A DNA stretch of 64,000 bases from Rhizodiscina lignyota (Eukaryota), in assembly GCA_010015805.1 (NCBI GenBank), contig ML978131.1, positions 124,001 through 188,000 of the forward strand. Direction: 5' to 3'. Below are positions 47,808-61,077 of the stretch, in pieces; positions within the stretch are counted from its first letter, which is position 1; the number at the start of each line of letters is the position of its first letter. The notes beneath the pieces are model-generated. The model had not been told where the DNA came from and did no database searches. It saw nothing but the letters and a program-made list of their open reading frames with translations. The translations under genes and the position numbers were made by a program.

Positions 47808-49490
47808 GCGGACAAGAGAGGAAACTATACAAGCATGGTCTGAACCGGCGGAGATTGGTAAATGAAGAGGTGGCCAAAGAACAAAGCAGCCTCAAATGCA
47901 TGAGACCTGCACCACGCCTATAAGGCAGGCTTGTATAGTAGCAGTCAAGAGATATTTATTCAATTGATTGAAGAGAGAAATCACTGAAGAAGAAATGCTG
48001 ATACACGAGTGCACGTGCTCGCGCGCCAGGACGTTCTGGGCGCCCCCTGACAACCGTGTTGGAATATTCCAGGACCGACATCACTCACACGGCCCACAAA
48101 GTATGTTGCTCTCACGTGGTCTTGGGCGTCAACCAGGGAAGCAATCAATGTCTAGTATAATACGAGAGGAAGTCCTGCCTATGTGGTGGCATGTACAGCC
48201 AAGCCGGCGATCAAGTCACTTCCTTTCGGCGGTCTGACCGATGGCACCCTTGTGGTTCGTGCTCCCCTCAAACCGGCCAAATAGATTTACACCATACGGG
48301 AAGGAAGCGAGTCATTATTTCTTCACCAGAGTGCCGTCAGTTTCGAACTGAGCGGCCAGGACTTCTTCGATCAAAGCAGGCCCCATGTGGAGAGCAGTGG
48401 GGAAGAGTGCAAGACCACATTTCTCGGTTTGGTTCATTCGGACTGTTTGGAATTGGACGACATCAGCATCAAAGAGCAAGAAAACTCGGAGGCACTTTAG
48501 TGCGTGAAGTAAGGGATCGAGATACGAAGACAGGCACTGTTTGTTGGCTATTGACAAGCGATAGTGCTACCTTTCAAGTCTTCGACGGAGGGCAACGTTT
48601 GAATATGCGATGCTCTTTGTCGCTATCCGCGCTCCTGGAAATCGATTTCTTCAGTGACGCACCGATTCGAAAGATGACCATTCGCTGAAGCCAACGTGGC
48701 TTTGGCGGCGTAGATGTTATATACATTCGAGATGCTCTATCAATATGCGACTGTCGACAAAAATCCTCACGAGTTCAAGTTTTGGGCTAGCATTTGTCGT
48801 TACACTCGTACAATCCGAAAGGCTGCCCGTCCCCAATCAACGTGTTATCCAATCCCTAATCTACTTGCGGAAAGCCAAAAACGCTTGACAGTCAGTGAGT
48901 CACATGTATGCAATGGAGCCGTGTAGCTCAAATTCGTGCAACCGGAGGATCACAGGGTCACGGCCAAGCAGTTTGTACACCGGCCATTCTTGGCTTTTCT
49001 TTCCGCGAGATATCAGCCTCTTCTGTACTGTGCAAGGAACTGATGATGCTGCAGTATATCCGGATTGTGAGCCATAGAGCTTATGTTCTCCTTACCGACT
49101 ACAATGCTAAATACGCCGACCTTCACAATCTGATGCTTGTGTTTTAACTTGTATCCTTCGTGTGGCTTGTTGCATTGTGCATTTTCTTGCGTCCATCGCC
49201 AAGTTTTCGTCCATGAGTCTGGATTACCACTGGGCCAATGAAGCTATGCGGCGACTGCTGTACGATGTTCCAGCTCTGACCGGAAACTCAAAGTTCGTAC
49301 ACAAGTATTCAGGTTTTCCTCGGAGGCAGCTTCCTCGTACTTTTGCTGCACATCGGGATCTAGCTCATCGTTGCAATAATTTTTGGTTGCCTCTGGATCA
49401 GCTCGAGTATAAGTATCGGTATGGCCAACATTCGAGTGAGCACAGCCATCAGTCTCCGACTTTAGAGCAAAGTTCAGCAGCCACGCCAAC

Positions 49491-49934
49491 ATGAAGTCTC
49501 TTCTCCTCGTCAGCCTCCTTCCTTCCTACGTTCTTGCTGTCGTTTCCCGACCGGTTTCATGCCCGGCTACAGTTGCCAATGCGCCTTACTATCAGACCAG
49601 ACGAGTGGATAGCGCTGTCGTTGGTCACTTGACGTTAGGGCAGCTAGCGAGTGTCGTATGCTATGCTTTCGGTGATACGATTGCGGGAGATTCGTGGGCG
49701 ACTATGCTACTCTCTTGACGTATAACTCACTAACCTCACCAGAACATGGTATCGGATCAATGTAGGTGGGAACTCGGGATACATCAGTGATTATTATATG
49801 GCCAGTATGTAATCACTTTCATGCTTGTATTCGAGAGAACTCTAATACAGGAGAGCTGATCGCATATAGAATGTTATGGGATGTCGCCTTGCTGTAGTGC
49901 TGTTCCATTCAGCCTTGATTGCGTCCAGGGTTAA
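49491..49934 (+). CDS. Small secreted Cys-containing protein with a bacterial-SH3 (SH3b)-like module; ~3 exons, 3' end uncertain
   Basis: Signal peptide, then SAVVGHL..GQ...VVCY..GDTIAGDS|TWYRI...SGYISDYY after removing a GT..ctaac..AG intron. Confidence 0.55.
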
Positions 49935-50772
49935 ATGGACGCGTAACTAGATTATACGGGGGCCACGATAATCTTGGGGCGAGCGAGAGTAGATGCTCTG
50001 TGCGGAGTGGTCAGAATGCAAATATCACTCTTTAACATATTAGTCAATTCTTGGCTTTACCCAGTAGAGTCTACGATTTGGACCGTTCTGTATCTATTTC
50101 AAACATCCCACGGTCGACTTTATGAATTTCTCCATGTCCTGAGTATGAAGAAATATGCGCTGGCCCGTCCTAATCGGGTAATAGTGCCCATGCGTGCATG
50201 TGCGCAAATTCCCTTTCAAAATTCTAGCACGCTCCATTCTTTCGCTCTTTGCAGACTTTTTTTCGACCGACAGGCGCTACTGCGCGACGCCAAATAGAGA
50301 AAGCTCAGAAATGGATTTATGCATAAACTGGCTCGCCCTGGCGCTCACCGACAGTCGCCGAACAGGAGATCAGCTCTGGATGGGGCTGAAGATGAACGTA
50401 TTGGAGATCTGTAAGAAACCATCAAGCACGGCGACCAAGACCCTCATACCATTATAGGGAGATCCAGCTCAAAATAAGGAAAGTCCAATGCTTTGTAATG
50501 CGACAATTGGCCCCCAAAGGTCATAATGCTGGATGAGGAACAGCATGCGGCCGCACGTGCGGCCGACCGCCCGCCATCGTATCTATCAAGACTGAAGAGA
50601 AAGCAACAAAGTCGACCAAACCGCCTCGAAATGGACCCCTCGAAAGGTGCCGGCACCTTCATCGAGCCAAAGCGGCTCATCTTCGCATACTTTCCATTTG
50701 AGCTGCGAAGCTGCTTTCGTTGGGCACCTCACCTTCGGGAAGGGAGGCTGCTCTCATTTCGCAGTTCAAGCA

Positions 50773-52779
50773 ATGGAATCTCAACCAACGATTACCGGCA
50801 ACGACCTGTCGCTACAGCCTGATGCAAACAATGCGGAAGCATATCAGCCGAGGACAGCGGAGAAAGTTGGTTTAATTGATCAATCCTCAGACAACAACGG
50901 CAGCTCCGACAACCCCAGCCCGGAAATTAGCAAACCGAGTCCACACAAACGAAGTGTATTAGCAGACTGGTGGATCACTGAGCTAGTTGGTTTATTGGCC
51001 GCAGCCGCATTATTAGCCGCAATAATTGCGGTCTTGAAACATTACGATGGACATCCGGCGCCCAACTGGAAGCACGTCTCCCTGAATGCGCTGATATCGG
51101 TTCTGAGCACTACCTCCAGCATATGCGTCCTTACTCCAGTCACTTCCGGAATTGGACAGCTCAAGTGGCTATGGTTTGCTAACTCGAAGACTGGCCGCAA
51201 GCTTTCGGACTTTGAAGATTTTGATGCGGCCAGCAGAGACTTTACTGGAAGCGGATGGCTGATATGGAAAACCAAGGGGCGGTAGGCTTTTGCTCCAAAC
51301 CAAACAATATGCTACTGTATTGACATATAAGACAGGAATTTTGTCCTATTTGCGTGTATCGCCATGATACTCGTCCTCGGATGGGATCCATTCATACAGA
51401 ATCTTGTACAATACTTTAATAAGGAGACTGTCAGCCATTCCCCAACGGATCGGGCCTACGTTACAAATGCGACTGTTTACGGTACTACCGGTGCGCAAAT
51501 TGCGGTCGGCCAGCAGTTCAATACTTTTTACGTCGACCCGGTCTTGAAAGCCAATGTGTACAGCTCACTCTTCAATTCTGGAAAAAACCGACAGCAGTGG
51601 GCGACGCCGCAATTTGTCTGTACCACTGGAAACTGCACCTGGGACCCAGTAACGACGCTGGAGATGCAAGTGCTCTGCTCTGATTTAAGCTCGAGAGTGA
51701 ATGTTTCTTGCCATCACATAAATGGCTTTGTCGCCGGTGTCAACAATTGCACCGCAATTCTGGACGGCTTGCCCGATTTTCCATTTCTATACTTCTCAAA
51801 TGACGTCGGAAATCAGGTGCCCATGAACATCTCAGCCAGCAATTCCAACTCACAAACACAGCTCCAACCTGTCATATACAAGAACAGTACAATGTCTCTC
51901 GTTCAGTCCATCATAGCGCTAGATAGCGCCCCGCCTCCACCGACTCACGACGGAAAGCTGGCTCAGCCTGTTGTCGTGCTTCCGAACTCTACGTTCGTCG
52001 CGACAGAGTGCTCCTTGCAATCCTGTGCCCGGCGCTTCAAACCATCGGTCCACAACTCTGCCTACAGCGAGGAGACGCTCGACACATGGTGCAACGCGGA
52101 AATCAGCAACCTCGCGGACACGCCTCGACAAATATTACGACCGCCATGGGCTCCGGGTCAAAATTTCACCATAGATGATGATGCAGTCCGATCGCTCGGT
52201 TCATTTCTCATCCAAATTGTCGCGGGCATTGTCAACAGCGCCCCGCCGAGCTATGCATACGTTCCATCCCTCAATCCTAATCCGTCTTTAGTACCTGATG
52301 GTTCAACATTTGCCAGCTACGCCACACCCGACGTTTTGGAAGCAATATTCGCGGGAAACTTCTCAGGATGTGACAGCGGACCCGTCACTTGCGCCATGGA
52401 GAACATTGCTCAGGCTGTCTCAAAATCTATCAGGGATGATCCTCTCCTTTCGAATGGTCTGGCAAATGCGAACGTTTCGATCGGCCAGGTGATGACCAGC
52501 ACAACGTTTATCCACATCGAATGGCAGTGGATCACTCTCCCAGTTGTAGTCTGGTTTCTGGGATTCATCACATGGATCGGTACTGCTTGGATGACGCGCC
52601 GCGCGGATGTTGGAAGATGGTCGAACAGCCCGCTCGTGCTTATGTTTCTCGAGCGCTCGTATCTCAGTGACAGAACTAGTAGTGGGATGTCGCAGAAAGA
52701 CCTCATGCAGAGGGCGAAGGACTTGAAGGTGCGATTGCAGGTGCAAGACGAGCAAGCGAGATTGGTTGATGGAGGTTAA
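50773..52779 (+). CDS. DUF3176-family membrane protein; one intron
   Basis: WW.TEL...YDG.P.P.W..VSLNALISVLST..GIGQLKWLWF..LSDFEDFDAASR..GS; DPFIQNLV; CTTGNCTW; W.WITLP. Confidence 0.8.
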
Positions 52780-53028
52780 TGTAGTTTGAGCAATTAGCAT
52801 ATGTTCGCATGTGCGGAAGATACACTGTCTATAAACATGCTTCCTCCGTTACTCCAACCATGCCACTTCCACTTCCACCAACTGAGTGCCGTACTGTGCC
52901 AGGGTCATCCTTTCATGAACAAGAAAAAAAAAGAACTGAAGCTCATTCATTCCGATAATGAAACCCCTGAGCCGAGTATTGACGACGTTAACATCGTCCA
53001 TCGTGATCACCAACGGCCAACCTACCCC

Positions 53029-56000
53029 TTACTCATCCCTGTAAAACTTTCTCATCAACAAATGCACAAGCAAATTAACGTTCAGCCTCAACGCTCCCTC
53101 ATTGCTTCTTCCTTTGCCACCAACCTCCACATTCTCATCCCCAAACAGATTTATGAACTGGGTATTATTGAACTGTGCTTGCAACAGATCATCCAATGGA
53201 ACCATCGCGCTGGCGCCGGGAATCATCATACTCCCAACACTGCCTTCGACATGGAACAGGCCGACCTCGTCGCTGCTAATCGTGATATTAATCTTATCCC
53301 ACTGGCGTTCCGAGAAGCCCTTCCAGCTCACCAGCACGCCCTTGTCGGCCAGGTTTCTTGCGGAGTATTTGAAGCTGCCAAATTTGGGTACACGTCCTGA
53401 ACGCTGAAGTTCACGCTCGTGGTTGTACTGTTTCGTGAACGGCAGTAAGAAACGCTTCTTGCCCTTCTTGTTCTGCAGCGTGACCATCGCCTGCTCGATA
53501 TAATCGTTGTAGCTCTTGAGCTGCTGGTCCAGCCAGATGGCCTTCTCGTCCAATGCTCCGAGCGTGGCGCGGACACCTTCGAGTTCCTTGGCACGCTGGA
53601 CACGTCGCCGATGCTTGGTACGGATGTCGACTGCAATGGCGTTGAGGAGGTCTTGGTAGTGGTTGTGGCGACTAATGCGACCAGTTTTCTCGAGAGTGAG
53701 GATGTTTTCGAGTGCAGTGCGCTTGAGCTCAGTGTATGTAAGGGTAGTGATGTCGATGAGAGGGTTGGTGGATTCAGAGGTGTACGCGCTGCGCTTCTTA
53801 GGTGAAGAACGGTTTGCAACGTGTTCTTCGTGTACGAGTTGGGCCCAGCGGTCTTCATCGTCGTCCGCGATAGGCCGAACCATAATTTCGAGGAGATTTG
53901 GACCGGTTTGGATGCGAATGATGTAAAGAACGCAGCGCTTGGTTTCCATGAAGAGAGATTTTACTGCAGCATCTGGGTCTGTACGTAAAATTAGTATGTC
54001 CCACTGTTGTAATTATGGTGAAGCTGCTTACCTTCGAGATCATGGTACTTAGGATTCAAGTTCAAACTGATCTCGTTGGAACTCGACGTCGCACCCGTAA
54101 TCTCGCTCTCATTGTTCTTCGCGCTGCCCAGCTCCCTGATAATCTCGCGCAGCATGTCATCTTGGCTTGGGCATAATGCCGAAATGTCGTTTGCGATCAG
54201 ATGATGTATGGAGAAAATGTCCGCGAGCTTGATGTACAGCGTAGGCTTCGTTCTCGCATAAAGATCGTTAAATTCGTCAATGTCGAAGTGCGTTTCCATG
54301 TCCTGAATTTCGATCACTTGTGATAGTTAGCTGGAGGAGTCCAATTAGGGTAAGTTGAATACTCACTGTTCGCCCAGATCTCTTCTATTCTCTGCACTGC
54401 GCTTCCAATGTAATTGTCCAGCGGTCTTAAGTAGACATTCTCCTGTCCGAATGGGCGACCAGTTGCAACCTGGCCCAGGACTTTGGCAACCTCTCCTAGA
54501 TTCCGCTTGTGTAGCGGGCTCAGACCTCTGTCCACTACACCCCAGGTCTCTGGTTGCAGCAACGCTGGACTGAGATAGTTCTTCCAGATCCAGTTGCCCA
54601 CAATCTTGAGCAAATGTTGCTGTGGCTCTTGTGGAAATCGCTTGCATAGGATCTGGAATGTCTGAGATGCAAGGTATCGAACTCCGAACGGCATACGGTG
54701 TAGCGTTTCTTCGAGGGAGAGGAAGAAATGGTCTGTAATGTCCCGCAGATCCTGGAGGTGCCTGATGAACGTGTCGCGCGTCTCTGGATCCCTGATCGCC
54801 TCTTCCCTTGGAATGTCCGGATTGCGCCTGCTCCTTTGGCCAGTCCTCAGCTCCTCGTTGTTGATCAAGCTGCGGTAGATCTGCATAGGGTCGCTCTCAA
54901 GATCTAAACCCTCGTTCTCGATGATGTCCTCTTTGATAACCGGGCTAAGAACATCTCGAAGATATTTGCGATCCTTTGGCGAGCGGATATAGCGAGTGAA
55001 GATTTTGGACCAGAAAAAGTTTCCGCGTAGGTACGACTGCAGCTCATTGCAAGTATCGATTTCTTCCTTGATGGAGCGGGCGATGAGCTTCAGGAGATAA
55101 TATTCTTCTCGTCTCTTTTGCGCAAACCCAAAGAGACCCATCATAAGAAGTTCAATGCGGCTGCACTCTTTCTCTGGCATTGCCTTTTCCCGAACAGCCC
55201 TGAAGAGCCGGGCAAGATACTGTGGCTGGGTTTGCAAAACGAAGAAGAGCTCCTGGTAGTGCTCTAACTTCTTCCTCGAGTTCTTGTTAAGCGCCTTGAG
55301 GTCAAATGGATCTTTCGATGAGAGATCCTTATTGGTGAGGAGATTGCCAACGTGCCCGCCAAAGTGCTTCTGATGCTTGATGACTTCGTCGAGGGTGATC
55401 TTGTTCTTGACAAGTAGTGCAATTTTAATGTCGAGCTGATCGATGTACTGCTCTGCAAGCTCATTCTGACGTACGTGCTGAACGACGGTCTTCCGCATGC
55501 GCTCAAATTCTACAATCCCCTATTAGCGACTTCATCTCAATGCAAATTGAACAAACTTACCAATCTCTTCATCAAAATCGAAATCACTATCGTTGAGCAA
55601 ATGGACAAAGTTCTTGATCGTTCCGACCGGAGGATTCTTTCCACTCGTCAAAGTCTTGTATGCTTCTCCTTGCTGTCGACCTCTGACAAAGCTCTGAATC
55701 TTGACAACCTTCTCCATATTTTGCCTGTAGAATTTCATCTTTTCCTTGAACTTTCCCCTTACTTCACTTCCCCTCATCAGCGTCTGGAGCTCAATGATGG
55801 ATTCCTCGTGCTGAGCCAAGTTCGACGTAAGGATCAGGACATCTGATTGGAGGAGCGACGAGCGGATGAGTGATTGAAGAGCGATAATGGAATCCGATTG
55901 ATCGTTGAGATCGCAGAGAAGATCAAAGGTCGTTTGCCGATGAAGATATCCACGTGCCGCAGATTGTGCGGCAATGATTGATGGGAGCGCCACCTGTAAA

Positions 56001-58297
56001 GCCTGCATGTCAGATTTTTGGGCGCTCCTGAGGAGATACGCGCGACAAAGAGACTGCAGCCCAAGCACACTGTCTTCGTTGCTTGCGAGCGCCGCCCTAA
56101 GCTCGAGGAAGCGGTCTCTGGCCTGCAGCCCGCGAATAGCAGATTGGAGCTGGACATAACGAGCCTCATTCGCCCCCAATTCGTTGCGAAGAGCGTTGAC
56201 AGAAGATCGCATTGCATTTCCTCTTGCGAGTGACTGGAAATTCCCCCAATGGAGACTTACCGTCTCAAGCTCTCTCCTGATCTCGTTCATCTTCCGCCGT
56301 TCCAGCATAGCTCTCGCATTCGCCTGGAGAGATACGATTTGCTGCTGCTCTTGAATGAGAACTTCACGATCTGCCTCGAGACGGCTTCGCTGCAACATTC
56401 CTCTAATAGCGGCCTGTACCTTCTCCACTTTGGGTTCCTCTTCCTTGATCTCTGAATATTCACGGTCCACTTGCTTCCTCACAAGTGCTGCGCGAATAGC
56501 CGCTTGAAGTTGCTGAACCTGTGGGACCGCCTCTCGGGTAGCGTGATACTGATCACCAACATTCCATCGTTGCATTGCTCCTCGAATGGCAGCTTGAAAG
56601 CTTCTGATGCCATTCTCTTGCTTCTGGACCCGGCTCTTTATGTACTGCGCCTCTGCTTTGGCCTTTCGTCCGCGCACGAGTGATTGGATGAGTACAACGT
56701 CGCGAACGTGATTCTGGAAGAACGCCTCCTTGTCTTGTTTTCTTGATCGGACGATGAAACCTTTCGCAGCGCTTTGAAGATTCACTGCGAAATTTCGCAT
56801 CTCGAGTTTGTAATCAGTAATCTGTCGTGCGAACTCGCCGCGGATCCTTGACTGCAGGTCCACAATCCAGTCTTCCGTGTCCCAAAGTTTCTGCATAGTG
56901 TCGCCAAGTTGCAATCTGACTATTGCACCACGTATTTGTGCTTGCAAGTCTAGAATCATATCTTCATTTTCATGCAATTCGCGATCTACTCTCTCATCCT
57001 CCGTCTCTTGTGGTTCCGGTTCCGGCTCTGGCTCTATGCCCATTGCAGCGCTCATGGCGCCAAAGTTTGGCATTGATATGCCAGAGCGATCCAGACCTTT
57101 CTGCATTGCCTCGAGTTCGTGGTCTTCGAATTGTAACTGGCCGACAAGATTGCCTATTCTGAAGTCGACGATGCCGCGGCGGAAAAGTAACCACGATAGC
57201 GCATGGATGCAGTAGATGACTTTGGGAATGTTCTTCTTCTCATAGAGGTCGACCAGCTCGAATCGGAACAGTTCTGGCAACTCCATTTGAGCAAGGAAGT
57301 TGAAGAAGATCGCAATGTTGTCGGAATGTCGGAACTGCAGCCTTTCATGCCTGAATATTCGAAACGTTCGCCCTGGATTCAGCGCTTGAACTACTTCAGC
57401 AAGAGTGACACCATTGCGCAGTGCCTCTTCGAGCTCCACTATCGGAGGAATCGGATGGTGTATGATGTCCTCGATCCACTCTTTCGCTTCACCAATGTGG
57501 CAAAGATACTCATATGCTTGCAAATATTGTCGTTGTGTGTCCATCCATATACGTCCGCCATATCCAGCAGTTGTTTGTGCCACACGTCCACGCTTGGACG
57601 TCGCGCGCTGGAGACGGCGACGACCGTGAAGACCAACGACCTCTTGCTCTGGAGACTTGATTCCAAGATCCTGTTGAAAGTCTCCATCTTCAGTGGCGAG
57701 CTTCGAAAGTGTGCGAAGATGCCCGGTTGTTGCCTTTCCCAGCGACTGTAGCTCGGGTGCGTTGGGCGCAAAGTGTACGCTACGGCGATCGCCTCTGTTT
57801 GCGCCTCGGACAGAATCGGATCGTGACATCGCCATAGAGAGCGGCTGCATTTTTGGTGGAGGAGACATGCTGCCGTCGTTGTGGTGCATCGATGACTTCA
57901 CATCGTCAACACTATAAGAGCGACCATGTGAGAAATATGAATCACGTCTGTCAGGAAGGGGTGCGGTCTCAAGAGGTAGCTTTGGGAGAGCGCGAGGAGG
58001 TGTGCGTTGGCGTTCAGGAGAGCCATTATAGTTTTGAGTGTGTCTGGAGTAGTACTCGTCTTTAACTGTTGATGTTGACGACAACGTGCCAGCCGCTTCG
58101 CTCAAGCCGCGCTTATGCGAAAAGGAAGGGTAGGTAAAGCCACTCGAGCCATTAGAGGAGACAGTACTTGTTCTGCTTGGCGGATACTGATTCGAGTAGT
58201 TTGACGAGTTTGAGGAAGCGGTCGAGGCATGGCGTAGAGGCGACGGTGACGTCGCTGGGTGCCCGACGGTAGAGCGCGGTCGAGTGGAGGTGTACAT
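53029..58297 (-). CDS. iqg1: IQGAP (Iqg1/Rng2/SepG-like): CH domain, IQ repeats, RasGAP and RasGAP_C; 3 introns
   Basis: YEYLCHIGEAKEWIE..LRNGV.LA CH domain; many LQ..IRG IQ motifs; RasGAP region MPFGVRY; C-terminal KFGSFKYSARNL.DKGVL..LNVNLL. Confidence 0.93.
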
Positions 58298-58643
58298 GCT
58301 GATGACAGCGCGAGGTCAGCGCTACCAGTCGAAAGTTATCTCCATATGTCGCACCAAAGAGGTCTGCTATGCGGTCGCAGATGGATTTGAAGGTATAGCC
58401 TGCGGCTTTCTGCGTGTGATATCGAAGAGGCCCGAGCTGCGACACGAGAGAGTCGAAGGTCGGAGCGCAAGCAGCGTCGGCTGTTATCCTCTCAGATTAT
58501 GAGAATGCGAGGCAGAAGGCTTTCGAATACAGCACTCTGGTGTCGTAGGAGACGAGAAGCGAATTGGCTTGGAGTGACTGGAGAGTGTTGACTTCACGAA
58601 AAGCAAGGCAAGACTTTTCCGCGGTGCAGGTGGTGCGGCAGCG

Positions 58644-58667
58644 CTCGATTAGGAAAGGCATAAACAA
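58644..58667. promoter_or_regulatory. Mcm1-Forkhead-like composite element upstream of IQGAP
   Basis: CTCGATTAGGAAA-GGC-ATAAACAA: a CArG-like half site with RTAAAYAA 3 nt downstream; a second ATAAACA at ~58682. Confidence 0.45.
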
Positions 58668-58960
58668 ACGCTAGGCCGCTAATAAACATGGCAACGACAG
58701 GGATACACGCTTGGTAAGGCTAGGCTTAGTGCGGCTAGCGGGGTCATTTACCGTTGAACGCGTGAGGCGAACGCAGGGACCGCAATGCCAAGCGCTCGCG
58801 AGAAAATCAGTCTTCCCCACACTCGCTCGTCCGTTTCCCTTCTTCTTTTTTCTCTCTTGGGAGAAGCAGCCCAGCTTCAACCCGGCAGTAGCTTTGCAAC
58901 GCATTTCACATTGCTACTGTCATCTACTTCCGTCTCATCTCATCATACACCCATTTCAAG

Positions 58961-60858
58961 ATGCCTATTGTCAACGGTGACGCGATGTCTGGCGCTGCCC
59001 ACATCACAAATGGCAAGCTCGAGGACTATACGCGTGCTCTCGAGATTCTCGATGCCGAATATCCTGAACGCGACGGCGTCGATGTCAGGACACTCTTAGA
59101 CTCGAAAACCCGTGGTGGTTTGACGTATAATGACTTTCTTGTCCTCCCTGGATACATTGGTACATTCTTCACCGCCAGCGTAGTATCAAACATCACTAAC
59201 GCACAACGCAGGCTTTGCAGCATCAGAAGTCAACCTCGATACTCCAGTCACTAAGCGCATCTCGCTTAAGACTCCATTCCTCTCCTCTCCCATGGATACC
59301 GTCACCGAGCATTCCATGGCCATTCATATGGCTCTTCTTGGCGGCTTGGGTGTAATTCATCACAACTGTTCGGTCGAGGACCAAGCAGAGATGGTCAGGA
59401 AGGTCAAGCGTTTCGAGAACGGCTTCATCCTCGATCCCATCGTCATCTCTCCTTCAACAACAGTTGGCGAGGCAAAGCAGTTGAAGGAGACCTGGGGCTT
59501 CGGTGGCTTCCCTGTAACAGGTATGTATTAATCGACTATTCCTTATTTCTTTTTAATGATGTTCAAACCTTTGCCCTTATAACTTTCGTTCATCCATAGC
59601 GAGTTCATCGCGATGAGGACCAAATGGAGATTTCTGTCTGAAAATATAAATTTTCTATTTCCCTTGATTGAGAGATCACCAAAGCATGCTCTGACATGGT
59701 GAATAAACAGAAAATGGCACACTGCGATCCAAGCTCATTGGTATCGTCACTGCCCGAGACATCCAATTCCACGCCGACCTCTCTGATCCTGTCTCCGTCG
59801 TCATGTCCACCGACCTTGTTACCGGCCAAGCTGGCATCAGCCTCCTCGAAGCAAACGATATCCTACGCAAGTCAAAGAAGGGCAAGCTGCCTATCGTTGA
59901 TGGAAATGGCAATCTCGTCTCTCTAGTCTCTCGCTCTGATTTGATGAAGAATCTCAACTATCCTCTCGCCTCCAAGCTCCCACACTCCAAGCAGCTCATA
60001 GCAGCGGCAGCAATCGGCACAAGACCAGACGACAAGATAAGATTGCAAAAGCTTGTGGACGCAGGTCTTGATATTGTGGTTCTCGACTCCAGCCAAGGCA
60101 ACTCGATGTATCAGGTTGAAATGATCAAGTACGTCAAAGAAACTCACCCTGCGCTCGACGTAATTGGCGGAAACGTCGTTACAAAAGCTCAAGCCGCAAC
60201 TCTCATCGCCGCTGGCGTCGATGGCCTGCGTATTGGCATGGGCTCCGGCTCCGCTTGCATCACGCAGGAAGTCATGGCTGTCGGTAGACCACAGGCTGCT
60301 TCTGTGTTCAATGTCAGCAGCTTCGCGGCGCGATTTGGTGTGCCCTGCATTGCGGACGGCGGTATCCAGAACGTCGGCCACATCGTCAAGGGCTTGGCGC
60401 TTGGTGCTTCCACGGTAATGATGGGTGGACTTTTGGCTGGCACGTCAGAATCACCCGGACAATACTTTGTCAATCGTGAGGGCAAGCTCGTCAAGGCGTA
60501 CAGAGGCATGGGCTCAATTGATGCCATGGAGGATAAGAAAGCAGGCGGCTCGAAAGATGCAAAGGCTGCGAAAGCATCCAATGCTGGTACCGCGCGCTAC
60601 TTCTCTGAAGGCGATCGATTGCTTGTCGCACAAGGTGTGAGCGGCTCGGTCGCAGACCGAGGCAGTATCACGAAATTTGTCCCATATCTTGCGGCTGGTG
60701 TTCAGCACAGTCTGCAAGATATCGGTGTGCAGAGTGTGAAGGAGCTAAGGGAGAAGGTTCTGGATGGTGAGGTGCGTTTCGAGTTAAGGACTGTGAGTGC
60801 ACAGGCAGAGGGCAATGTGCATGGTATGGAGACGTTTGACAAGAAGCTATATTCGTAA
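58961..60858 (+). CDS. imd: Inosine-5'-monophosphate dehydrogenase; introns 59160-59211 and 59521-59710
   Basis: [26 protein letters not shown] pair, catalytic loop [24 protein letters not shown]. Confidence 0.97.
59551..59645 (+). ncRNA. snR54: Intronic box C/D snoRNA, snR54-like
   Basis: Box C-like ATGATGT (59556), guide TAACTTTCGTTC complementary to 18S GAACGAAAGTTA, C'-like GCGATGA, box D CTGA (59638-59641) and a TTTT/AAAA terminal stem. Yeast snR54 is also hosted in an IMPDH (IMD4) intron. Confidence 0.8.
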
Positions 60859-61077
60859 TGGATGGGGAAAAGGTAACCGAAACGGAGTATGTGATATGGC
60901 TTTGATGCATTGAAATGATTATGATTACTCTTAGATAAGGATGCTGCAATATGCTGCAAGATTCGGTGTTGGGATTTCGCCGTTGTCGTTCTTCCGAAAT
61001 ATCATCGACCTTTTTACTCGTACCTCGACTCTTGTTTCTCTCCGCAGATGCAATCTTCAACGTTTTCACTCTCACCA

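Noticed and set aside
47968..49494. Several 80-165-codon ORFs between the MFS gene and the SH3b-like gene
   Set aside because: No family motifs or coherent exon structure that I can support.
52801..53400. 199-aa plus-strand ORF and other long shadow ORFs
   Set aside because: Antisense to well-supported genes (here the IQGAP 3' exon).
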